Assembly (NCBI GenBank): GCA_965224085.1
Contig: CBDCYI010000004.1
Span: forward strand, 1,248,001 to 1,312,000
Direction of reading: 5' to 3'
Source of the DNA: Candidatus Marinacidobacterales bacterium
GTDB taxonomy: Bacteria; Acidobacteriota; Vicinamibacteria; Marinacidobacterales; SMYC01
Length of the DNA: 64,000 nt
Numbering within the stretch: the stretch's first letter is position 1; every line of letters starts with the position of its first letter. Position numbers and translations under genes: made by a program. Shown here one piece after another: positions 31,492 through 40,738 of the stretch. The notes beneath the pieces are model-generated. The model was not told where the DNA came from, ran no database searches, and saw nothing but the letters and a program-made list of their open reading frames with translations.

Positions 31492-31883
31492 GCGGCGCAG
31501 CGGCGCTTGTCGCGTCGGGTGGAGTGCTGAACGTTGCCTCGCTGGTGGGTTTTATCACCCTTTTCGGTATCGCCGTCAGAAACGGCATCCTGCTCGTCAG
31601 CCACTATAATCGCCTGATGCTAGAAGGTGAGCCTCGCCGGGAAGCGGTCTTTCGCGGCTCTATCGAACGTCTGAATCCTATCCTCATGACGGCGTTGACG
31701 GCGGCTCTCGCGCTCATGCCACTCGCTATCGGCGGAGGTGAGGCCGGAAAGGAGATCCAGTCCCCGATGGCGGTCGTCGTCCTTGGAGGACTTCTGAGCT
31801 CGACCGCCCTCAACATGATTGTAGTGCCCGCTCTTTTTGTTCGCTACGGGAAGCCGGCGCGCGTCGCGGAAGTCCTTGAATGA
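31492..31883 (+). pseudogene. C-terminal remnant of a CusA/CzcA RND efflux permease
   Basis: [37 protein letters not shown]; begins at the IS end. Confidence 0.88.
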
Positions 31884-32049
31884 AGAAGAGCTCGCTACCC
31901 GTGATGCGAATGTAAAGCGTCGGTTCGACTCGCGACTCGGAAATGACGGCGACCATGCCTGGCCGGGCGTCGGGCTCGTCGACGGCGGCGACCATCATCT
32001 CGCGGACGGTGTCGTCGGCGAGTCGAACCATGTCGCCGAGGAGCGGTGG

Positions 32050-32277
32050 ACAGGCCCAGGACATCTTCTCGCGCTGCCGCGTGAAAGGGTTCGTGTGCGA
32101 CGTGGAAGTGCTCTACCTGGCGCGCCGACTGGGCTACCAGGCCCGGGGATGCCGGCTACCTGGGCTCCCGTCCCCGAAAGCCGAGTCCATCCGATCTCGG
32201 ACTCCATGGGGATGTTGCTGGATGTTACACTCATTCGCCTGTCGCCTGGTTGGGCTTGTAATCGACGTGATCCATGA
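32050..32277 (+). pseudogene. Frameshifted C-terminal remnant of a dolichyl-phosphate glucosyltransferase-like GT2
   Basis: IFSRCRVKGFVCDVEVLYLARRLGY, then in another frame W...ESRVHPISDSMGMLLD. Confidence 0.7.
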
Positions 32278-32304
32278 CCGGCGAGTCGCACCGGCGCCCG
32301 AGCC

Positions 32305-34552
32305 ATGATGCGTTTACGTAGCCTGCTGGTAGCGTTGTTTCTCTATACCCTCCTCCTCTTCGCTTCCTTTTATCCCGAATCCTTCAAGCCGGCGGATACG
32401 ATCGCCTACATCGGCGACGCGCTGGAAAGCGTCTATCTCGTGGCCTGGAACGTTCATCAATTCTTCCGCTCGCCATTCGAGCTCTTCGAGGCGAATTTTC
32501 TCTACCCCAATCCCCGAGCGCTCGCATTCACCGATCACCGGCTCCTCCCCCTCTCTTCTGGTCGCGCCGGTAATCTGGATCTCTCGGAACCCGGTGCTTG
32601 CTTACAATGTCGCGTTGGCGCTCGGCTCGTTGCTGGCCGCTTTTGCCGCACGAAGCTTGGCGCGACAGCTGGGGGCGAACGATCTCGGAGCCTGGACGGC
32701 GGGAGCGCTCTACGCGTTTCACACCTACCAGATACACGAAGCTCCTCGGCTCAATATCATTTTTCATGGATTTCTACCCCTCGCCCTCGGGCAGTTGTTG
32801 CTCCTACTTTCGACGGGGAAACGAAAGCACGCTCTGGGAACGGGCGCGTTCATGCTCTTACAGGGTTTGAGCGCTAACTATCATCTGCTTTATGGGTCCT
32901 TGTTATTGGGCCTTACGTTTGTCGTCTTTCTCATCGCAAGACCGGGCCCGACCCTTCGTCGTCTCCCCAGCTTGTTCCTGGTCGCTTTTTTGGCCGGGAT
33001 GCTTTATTTTCCGTTTGCCTGGCCCTATCTCGAAAACTCCACCGCCCACGACTATCACCGCGAGCTACCGCGGGGCATCGACCTCCAGCACTATGTGACC
33101 ACTCGCCCGACGAATTTCGTGTACGGTCCCATGGGCGCCGAGTTTCGCCTCCAGCAGAGAGGGCCGCACTTCGTCGGGTTTGTTTCGCTCGCTCTGGGAT
33201 TGCTCGCCCTTGGGCTCGTGAGTCGACGTCAAAAAGAAGCATCGTCCGGGCTGTTGCCGGACAAGCTCTGGGTGCCGGCGGCGGCCGGTTTTTTTCTCCT
33301 CTTTCAGACGTTGGCCCTGGGAAGAGATATCGAAGCCTGGGGGATGACGCTCGGACCCGGACCTTATCGTATTTTGTATCACGTGGTGCCCGGCTTTCAG
33401 CTGGTGCGCATTCCCGAGTGGCTGAGCCTCCTCGCCATGCTGTTCCTCGCTCTGCTGGTGGCGGGGGCACTCAGCCGAATCAGCCGGGCCGGCTATCGGT
33501 CGCTCGGCGTGCTGCTCGCGGCCCTGGTTCCCCTCGAGCACCTGTCGACTATGCCGCATATCGATCGAATTCCGATTGGCGAGGATGTCCCAGCCGTCTA
33601 TCGATGGCTCGAGGGCGACCGGGCCCAGGCCATCGCCGAAGTACCGGTTCATGGCCAAGGGTTGGTCCGCAAGGAAACACTCGAGATGTACTTCTCGACC
33701 TATCACTACAAACCGCTCATCCATGGCTACACGGCTTTCCCTCCCGCCTTGTCCGGCTTGCTCCGAAAGATGGGCAAGGATTTCCCGTCCGAAGCCAGTC
33801 TGCAAGTTTTCCAGCGAGTTGGAGTAGATACGATTATTCTACACCGGGGTCGAGACGCGGAGCTCGATCGGCGTGTCCGTGATTGGGTCGAGGCAGGACG
33901 ATTGAGGCAAGAGGCCCGGTTCGCCGGGAGTCGGGCCAGGGTCTACGAGGGAACCGAAGACATCGTCTACCGGCTGGTGCCCGGCCCAGCTGTCGACCCG
34001 GCACCCTTCCCGGGAGGGCGTCGACTGCGAGCGGCGAACTTCCGCTACCGCACGAAAGTCGGCGATCCGGCCCCGGCCGCCGACGGCGATGTGACGACCG
34101 CCTGGGAAGTGCGACGGCCGCTGAACGGCGACGAGTTCTACGAGATCACCTTTGACGAAGCCCGTCCGGTGAGTGGCCTCGTGATGGTACTCGGCCGGAA
34201 CAGCGCTTTTCCCAATCGTTTCAAGATCGCCGGGCGGCAACCGAACGGTGAGTGGCTCTCTCTGCGCTGGTTCGACGCGGCCCATGCGCTACAACTTCTG
34301 GAATCTCTGAGGGCTTCCCCTCCTCGGCTGCGTTTGGGGTTCGATCTCGGAGGCCGGGAGCTCACCGGTTTACGGATCATGATAGAAGAGGGCGGGAAGA
34401 GCTTCTTCGGCTGGTCGATCCCGGAGATTGAGGTCCGGGTCCCGGACGCATCCCAGTCGGCTCTCTTACTCGGTGCCGCTCGGAGTCGGTCCGTCAAGCC
34501 GATAGATGATCCAATCCAGGTTCTCGTAGAGTCGAGGGAGCGGCGCGATTGA
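32305..34552 (+). CDS. YfhO-like (GT-C) polytopic membrane protein with C-terminal discoidin-like domain; one frameshift
   Basis: AWNVHQ, ANFLYP..LAFTDH, VRIPEW, GYTAF, ADGDVTTAW; removing one C from the run at 32546-32550 fuses ORFs 32305 and 32594. Confidence 0.72.
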
Positions 34553-34591
34553 AATTATGTCCTCGCTGGACCCACGGTGAAAGAACCCCGC

Positions 34592-34620
34592 TTGATATAT
34601 ATCTGATCAAGATATATAAT
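34592..34620 (+). promoter_or_regulatory. Sigma70 promoter with overlapping palindromic operator; probably a leaderless mRNA
   Basis: TTGATA-17 bp-TATAAT; perfect IR TATATATCT (34596-34604) / AGATATATA (34610-34618); ATG 6 nt after the -10 box with no SD. Confidence 0.8.
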
Positions 34621-34626
34621 AAATGT

Positions 34627-34854
34627 ATGAAACAGATATCTATTCATGTCGCGGAAGAGGAATACGAGGAGCTCAAGCTATTGGCGGCGACTCGACGCGA
34701 GCCCGTGGCTCAACTCATACGCAAAGCGATGCGAGCCTTTCTCGAGTCTGAGAGAGCGAGCGAATCGATGCGGGGCCTCCGGGCGCACGACAGTGGCAAT
34801 CTGCTCAGGAAATGGAGCCGAGACGAGATATACGACGAGATGCTCGACCGATGA
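34627..34854 (+). CDS. vapB: RHH/CopG antitoxin (VapB-type)
   Basis: MKQISIHV...AQLIRKAM, C-terminal SRDEIYD; ATGA overlap with the PIN gene. Confidence 0.82.
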   Translation: MKQISIHVAEEEYEELKLLAATRREPVAQLIRKAMRAFLESERASESMRGLRAHDSGNLLRKWSRDEIYDEMLDR

Positions 34855-35300
34855 GCCGCGACACGGTCGCGCTCGATACCGATGTGCTCGTTCATTGGTC
34901 CATGAGCGGGTGCGAGCATCATCGCGCCATGCGCCGTTGGGTTGACGCAGGCCTTGAGCGAGGACAACGCCTCGGGCTCACACACCAAGTGCTTTACGAG
35001 TTCATCCACATTGCTACCGATCCACGACGTTTTGAACGTCCCATGGCGATGCAGGCAGCCGTCGATTTCGTACGACGCCTCTGGACCGCGAGGGAGGTTG
35101 CACGACTGATTCCGCTGGTCGCCGTCGTGCCACGAGTTTGCGAGCTGGTCGAAACGTTTCAACTGGGTCGCAAGAGAGTCCTCGATACCGCGCTCGCAGC
35201 GACCATCGACGCGGCCGGTGTCACACGGATCGCAACCTTCAACTCGAGTGACTTTGCGGTCTTCCCTTTCTTGCAAGTCGAAGACCCGTCCACCGATTGA
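34851..35300 (+). CDS. vapC: PIN-domain VapC-type toxin
   Basis: ALDTDVL, QVLYEF, VLDTALAAT, ATFNSSDF. Confidence 0.88.
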   Translation: MSRDTVALDTDVLVHWSMSGCEHHRAMRRWVDAGLERGQRLGLTHQVLYEFIHIATDPRRFERPMAMQAAVDFVRRLWTAREVARLIPLVAVVPRVCELVETFQLGRKRVLDTALAATIDAAGVTRIATFNSSDFAVFPFLQVEDPSTD

Positions 35301-35320
35301 GTCGCTGCAAGTGACTCGGC

Positions 35321-35494
35321 ACTTATCCGCTCGCGGATTTCTTGACGAGAATTTGGGCGCTCAAGGACAATGTTTCAGCCTATGACGGCGCCTACGTGAG
35401 TCTCGCCGAGGCGCTCGGCGCCACTCTGTTGACTGGAGATCACCGACTGACCAAAGCCACGGGCACCCGAGCCGTTATCGAGCTACTCGAATAG
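35321..35494 (+). pseudogene. C-terminal remnant of a second, unrelated PIN/VapC gene
   Basis: Unlisted frame TYPLADFLTRIWALKDNVSAYDGAYVSLAEALGATLLTGDHRL; no start codon. Confidence 0.78.
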
Positions 35495-35737
35495 TCTCGA
35501 CACGTCAGCGTGGATCACCGAATCGGCGAGCGCCGAACGGAACACCCCCGTTCGCGTGAAGGACGTCTATTCGATGAAGAGCTTCACTTCGCCGCTTTCT
35601 TTCAGCGAAATAACCGTTTGGATGCCGGTCTGAATCTCTTCCTGTTTCAAGTGATGGGATGGACTCCTCCGCTGACATAGACGGCATCGATGTGCCAAAG
35701 TCAGTCGAAAGAACGCATCGAAAAAGGAGGAGTCCGA

Positions 35738-36772
35738 ATGAAAGATACGACGATCGCTGTGGGTCTTGCAAAGAACGTCTTCGAGATTGCCATCTCGCGC
35801 GAAGCGGGGAAGGTGTCCAAGCAACTCCGTGTGAGTCGACCCAAGTTGGTGTCGTTTTTTGCGAAACAGAGCGCTGCCACCGTGCTTCTTGAAGCCTGCG
35901 GCTCGGCTCACTTCTGGGCAAGGACGTTGCAACGGTTGGGACACGACGTCGTCCTGCTCCCACCTCACCTCGTAAGGCCGTATCGACGCGGGAGCAAGAA
36001 CGACCGCGCGGACACCAAAGCTTTGCTCGAGGCTTACCGGAACGAGGAGATTCTTTCGGTGCCCATCAAGTCCGTGCGCCAGCACACCCTCGCCGCGCTC
36101 CATCGCCTACGCTCAGGATGGCTCTCCACACGGACCGCACGCATCAATGCCGTACGCGGGATCCTGCGCGAGCTCGGACTCTTCATCCCCAAGGGCGCTC
36201 ACTTCGTCGTGCCCGCCATCTCCGAACTCGTCGAAGACGCTGATTCTGATTTGCCCGACGTGCTCCGTCCGCACCTGCGTGATGCGTGCTCCGAGATTCG
36301 AGAGCTCAAGGACAAGTGCGCTGGCATCGAGCACGAGCTCAAGGCGCTCGCCAAGCAGCTTCCTGAGGTGCAACGACTTCTCACCATTCCCGGCATCGGA
36401 CTTCTGACCGCGACCGCCATCGTCGGCTTCGTTGGGGATCTGCGCCGCTTCCCATCGGGACGCCGCTTCTCGAGTTACCTCGGCCTCGTTCCCAAAGAGA
36501 ACTCCAGTGGTGACATTCGCCGCCTCGGGCGCATCACCAAGCGTGGCGACTCCTACCTCCGTACGCTCCTCACGCAGGGCGGACGCGCCGTGCTCCGAGC
36601 GGCCAACGTCAGCAAGAGCCCGCCCGACAAGCTCCGCGCCTGGGCGCGGAAGGTCCACCGCTCGCGGGGACACAACAAAGCCGCGATTGCTGTCGCCAAC
36701 AAACTCGCCCGGATAGTCTGGGCCGTCTCCACCCGCGAGAGTGAATTCCAGTCGGTGCCCGCGGCCGCATAG
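35738..36772 (+). CDS. IS110/IS1111 recombinase; first DEDD aspartate reads as Gly
   Basis: VGLAK (expected DLAK), LEACG, KNDRAD, IPGIG, SYLGLVPKENSSG, ITKRGDSYLR, AVANKLAR; SD GGAGG. Confidence 0.92.
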   Translation: MKDTTIAVGLAKNVFEIAISREAGKVSKQLRVSRPKLVSFFAKQSAATVLLEACGSAHFWARTLQRLGHDVVLLPPHLVRPYRRGSKNDRADTKALLEAYRNEEILSVPIKSVRQHTLAALHRLRSGWLSTRTARINAVRGILRELGLFIPKGAHFVVPAISELVEDADSDLPDVLRPHLRDACSEIRELKDKCAGIEHELKALAKQLPEVQRLLTIPGIGLLTATAIVGFVGDLRRFPSGRRFSSYLGLVPKENSSGDIRRLGRITKRGDSYLRTLLTQGGRAVLRAANVSKSPPDKLRAWARKVHRSRGHNKAAIAVANKLARIVWAVSTRESEFQSVPAAA

Positions 36773-36829
36773 AGGCTCCACTTTCGTGTTTTCCTTCTTC
36801 CCTTCCAACAGAGGCTGCGACGATACCCA

Positions 36830-37000
36830 TCCAACTGATGGCGTACCGGTCGGACCGGCGCGGGGTCAAGCCGATAGCAACACTGGCCCTCAGAGGTCGC
36901 TCAAAGTGATTGGCTCCTCGCGCGCGGATTTTCCGTCATGGCCCGGAGCACCCAAGACGCTCCTCACTGAGGCCGTAGATATGTTTGCAGTCTGACCCAC
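36830..37000 (+). ncRNA. Predicted bridge/seek RNA of the IS1111-type element (boundaries approximate)
   Basis: Two stem-flanked internal loops: AGCAAC and AAGT match the target; TTCCGTCAT and AGATATGT match the donor junction. Confidence 0.75.
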
Positions 37001-37099
37001 TCGTCACCGATTTGGACGAGCAGCTCTGAGGAAGACTTTTTTGAGAAAGGTGTTGATTGAGGAGTCCAGATATGTTGCTTGATCCGCGGCTTGGCGTCT

Positions 37100-39088
37100 T
37101 CATGGCTCTCCCGTGACTTGATCGCGAGGGAGGGCGAACGCGGTAAGCTTCGCGCCCTCACCGACTCCGTTCGCGATGACGACATATTGCTTGCCCGAAC
37201 GGCTGAGATAGGTCATGGGATTGGCGTTGCCCCGCTGCCCCAAGTCTCCTTCCCAGAGCTCCTCACCCGTCGCCTTGTCGAACGCGTAGAGTGTCGTACC
37301 ACCGCCGGTCAGGAACACCAGCCCGCCGCCGGTCACGATGGGGCCCGGCGCGCCGACGACTCCGAGCCGCTCGGGAAGTTCGATACCCCGAAGCGCTGGA
37401 TGGTTGCGCACTCGCGGCATGTCGCCCACCGGCACCTGCCAGAGGTGCTCTCCCGTGTCAAGATCGATCGCGGTCAATGTGCCGTAAGGCGGCTTGTGGA
37501 TGGGCAGCCCGTTTCGGAAGCTCAGACCCCGGCGTGCTCGGTCGATTTCGTAGTCGCCCTCGGTTCGGGCCGGATTCGCTTCCCTGATCGCGAGAAGGCT
37601 GGGCGTGTTGGAAGCTTTCACGTAAAGCACTCCAGTGTCTGGATCCGCGGCGGCACCACCCCAGTTCGCCCCGCCCACGACTCCCGGCATGATGATCGTG
37701 CCTTCTTGGGACGGCGGAGCGTACAGGGGACCGTAGTGGTAGTTCTTGATGAGCTCCTGCGCTTCGGCCTCGAGCTCGGGTGTAAAGTCGATGAGCTCGT
37801 CCTCGGTAAAACCTTGTCGAGCGAACGCGAGGGGTTTCGTGGGAAACGGCTGCGTCGGGGAGCTCTGCTCCCCAGGCACGTCGCTCTGCAGAACCGGACG
37901 CTCCTCGATCGGCCACACGGGCTTTCCGCTCACGCGGTCGAAGACATAAACGAACCCCATCTTCGAGGGAGCGGCCACAGCGTCGATGGTCCGCCCGTTC
38001 ACTTCGATCGTAAGGAGCGTCGGCGGTGAGCCGAGGTCGTAGTCCCACAGCCCGTGGTGCACTGCCTGAAAGTGCCAGAGGTGCCGGCCGCTGCTCGCGT
38101 CCAGACAAAGGAGGCTTTCGGCGAACAAGTTGTCCCCTTTGCGGTGCCCCCCGTAATAGTCGTTGCTCGGCGTCCCCACGGGGAGATAGAGAAGGCCCCT
38201 AGTCTCGTCCAGCGTGAACGGAGCCCAGACGTTGGTGTGCCCCGTGTAGCGCCACGAGCCGTCCTCCCAGGTCTCGTTGCCGAACTCTCCGTCCTGCGGG
38301 ATGAGATTGAAGCTCCACGCCAGCTCCCCGGTGTGGACGTCGAAAGCCATGACGTTCCCTGGAGGATCCCGGCGGTAGACAAAACCGTCCCACACGCCGT
38401 TTCCGAGGATAACGAGATCTTCGTAAACGACCGGCGGTGACGTCTGTGTGTAGTGGAGGCGGTTGGTGTGCCACGTCGCGTGCTCGGTGAGATCGATTTC
38501 CCCTCGATGACCGAAGCTTCGAATCGGCTCACCGGTCGACGCATCGAGAGCGATCAAGCGCCATCGGCTGTTGAGGAAGATGCGTCGCTCGTTCCCGCGC
38601 GTCCAGGCCGCCACGCCGCGATGGACGAATCCCATTCCGTTCGGCACTCGGCCCCAATCATAGGCCCGCGGATCGTAACTCCAGATTTCTTCCCCGGTAT
38701 CGCTATCGAGTGCCACGACCCGGTTGTAAGGAGTACTGAGATACATCACGTCTTCCAGGACGAGGGGTGTCGCTTCGAAGCCTGCCGGCCGGACGGCCTG
38801 CCCGGGAATCGGCTGCTGGGGCCCAGGAATCGGCTTCTCTCCCGTGTCCCACGTCCAAGCGACTTCGAGACTGCTGACGTTCTCACGGTTGATCTGGGTG
38901 AGAGGAGAGTATTTCTTGCCGCCCGCATCTCCTCCGAAGACGGGCCAATCGCCCTCTTCCACACTGGCGCGCGGCGCGGCGCAGGCCGCGAGCGTGCCGG
39001 TCAGAACCCAGAAGAGCGGTCTTTTTAATCGCGAGCGTAGATTCCAAGTTACGGCGTTCCTCGTTCGGTCTTTGGCATCGACAGACAT
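37100..39088 (-). CDS. PQQ-dependent dehydrogenase (quinoprotein glucose dehydrogenase type), lipoprotein
   Basis: LAAC lipobox; YSPLTQIN, FEATPL, HRGVA, QAVHHGLWDYD, GANWGG, KPPYG, ANPMTY. Confidence 0.92.
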   Translation of the reverse strand: MSVDAKDRTRNAVTWNLRSRLKRPLFWVLTGTLAACAAPRASVEEGDWPVFGGDAGGKKYSPLTQINRENVSSLEVAWTWDTGEKPIPGPQQPIPGQAVRPAGFEATPLVLEDVMYLSTPYNRVVALDSDTGEEIWSYDPRAYDWGRVPNGMGFVHRGVAAWTRGNERRIFLNSRWRLIALDASTGEPIRSFGHRGEIDLTEHATWHTNRLHYTQTSPPVVYEDLVILGNGVWDGFVYRRDPPGNVMAFDVHTGELAWSFNLIPQDGEFGNETWEDGSWRYTGHTNVWAPFTLDETRGLLYLPVGTPSNDYYGGHRKGDNLFAESLLCLDASSGRHLWHFQAVHHGLWDYDLGSPPTLLTIEVNGRTIDAVAAPSKMGFVYVFDRVSGKPVWPIEERPVLQSDVPGEQSSPTQPFPTKPLAFARQGFTEDELIDFTPELEAEAQELIKNYHYGPLYAPPSQEGTIIMPGVVGGANWGGAAADPDTGVLYVKASNTPSLLAIREANPARTEGDYEIDRARRGLSFRNGLPIHKPPYGTLTAIDLDTGEHLWQVPVGDMPRVRNHPALRGIELPERLGVVGAPGPIVTGGGLVFLTGGGTTLYAFDKATGEELWEGDLGQRGNANPMTYLSRSGKQYVVIANGVGEGAKLTAFALPRDQVTGEP

Positions 39089-39089
39089 G

Positions 39090-39583
39090 TTAACGGCCTC
39101 TGAGCCCGGACCGGAGGCGGAGAGCCTGTTTCCTTCCTTCCGCCGCATCCGCTACGGGAGCATCTTCCCATTGGTAGGTTCGCTCGTTGGCGTATTCTTC
39201 GAACCATTCCAGCTCCGCGTTCATCTTGAACAGCTGATGACGTAGCTCCCTCCAGCCGTGCGGCTCCCTTGGCGCGATGTAGAGACGCGTTGGAACCCCG
39301 TTTGCTTTGAGCGCCCGGTACAGCTCCACCGATCGGGGCGACGGGACGCGGACGTCTTTCTCGCCCACCAGGATTAGAATCGGCGTCTTGATCTTCGCGA
39401 CGTCCTTTAACGGGGACTGCTCCCAGTAGAGATCGGTCGGCGCATCTTTCTGCCAAGGAGTACCTCGAAACCAGGGTGTGCGGTAATAGCGCACGTCACT
39501 CTGCGCGTACATGGACACGAAGTTCACGATGCCGGCCCCCGAAGAAGCGGCCTTGAAACGATCGGTCATGGTAAGAGCCGCTC
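39090..39583 (-). pseudogene. C-terminal remnant of an S9 peptidase
   Basis: TDRFKAAS, SPL, GEKDVRVP, PREPHG; the nucleophile GxSxG and everything upstream are missing. Confidence 0.8.
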
Positions 39584-39941
39584 GGTTGAGATCGTACTCC
39601 GTAGGACAGCCGGAAGTCGAGAGCGAGGCGATGCGCTTTTCTCGGGGGGTCCGGGCGATGGTCCTCTCCACTTCCATTTGCGGGCTGGATCGTCATGCTG
39701 AGTAGCGTCGTCCAAACCCAATGGGTGACTGAAGGGGACCACACGTACGTCGAAATCGAGGGGCTAGGAACGGCGGACGCGCGTTTCGTGTGAGGTCGCC
39801 GCCCTCGGTTGTCACGGCGGGCGGTTGGTGGCACAGTTCGAGGCGCCATGGCTATCAAATTTTCCTCCGTCCCGTCGTCGGCTGTGAATCCGAACCCCTA
39901 CCTCGTTTTACTTGCGCTTTTAACCCTAATCGAACAATAAT

Positions 39942-40243
39942 TCATGACGCTAGCGCGAGTTCGATTCTTTCAAAGAGTGTCTGAGTGGAGGAGTTTGTGG
40001 CCATTCGGAGCGCGTTTCGACCACTAACGCGAACGAGGCGGCCGGCTTTGTTGATGATGCGGAAGCGGATGGTGCGGATGGTGTGCAGCAGATGGGTGCA
40101 TGTACGCTTTCGAGAGATGCCTTTCGTTTCGGCGATGGTGTCGAGCTGAAAGCTGCGACACAGGTTGTGTGCGAGCACGTTCAACTGTTGCCAGGCGCTA
40201 TTGGCGGCATAGCTTTTAGTGGGCACGACGTCGAGAGCGAACT
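39942..40243 (-). mobile_element. IS1380-family transposase C-terminal remnant
   Basis: PTKSYAANSAW...LAHNL, TIRFRIINKAGRLVR. Confidence 0.75.
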
Positions 40244-40654
40244 AGTGCGCGTTCGATCTTTGCGATGGATAGGCTCGAGCTCGTGCACAACGGGGAAATC
40301 ATCCGCACCGTCGAGTCGGACGGCGGCAAGACCATCGAGGGAAGCTGGGAGCTCACGGTCGAGTCGAGCGGATGGCTCGCGGTGCGTGTTCTCGGCCCAC
40401 CGCAACACGGAGCGATGGATAGCTACCTCTTCGCCCATACGAACCCGGTATACGTGGTCGCTGACGGCGCGCCGATCCGCTCATCGAGCGACGCCCTCTT
40501 CTTCGTGAATTGGATCGACGACACGATCCGTCAGCTGCAGTCGTTGGATCGATGGGACGACCCAGCGCACAAAGCCGAGGTGTTGGCTACGTTCGAAAAG
40601 GCTCGTGACCTCTATCGCGACCAGGCAGGGACGGAAGCGTCGAACTCCCGTTGA
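40244..40654 (+). pseudogene. C-terminal remnant of a CehA/McbA-like metallohydrolase
   Basis: LELVHNG, SGWLAVR, FAHTNPVYV, DALFFVNWID. Confidence 0.65.
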
Positions 40655-40696
40655 CCCGCGACGGGTGGCCGCCGTCCAACGCGATGGGACAACCAT

Positions 40697-40733
40697 AGAA
40701 AAAACACCGCCGCTGCCGAGGGTCGGTGGCGTG
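40697..40733 (-). terminator. Probable terminator after the amidohydrolase gene
   Basis: Imperfect GC stem followed by a T-run on the minus strand. Confidence 0.45.
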
Positions 40734-40738
40734 CTGCA

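Larger units (their letters stand above)
35653..37073 (+). mobile_element. IS110 family, IS1111-type element, full length
   Basis: Sub-terminal IRs TGGACTCCTC (35660-35669) and GAGGAGTCCA (37059-37068); GT core on both sides (35651-35652, 37074-37075); about 300 bp of non-coding DNA downstream of the transposase. Confidence 0.9.

Noticed and set aside
36866-36870. TCAAG as the left target guide of the bridge RNA
   Set aside because: It overlaps the AGCCGAT/ATTGGCT stem and lacks the full GT core; AAGT at 36904-36907 fits the loop geometry better.
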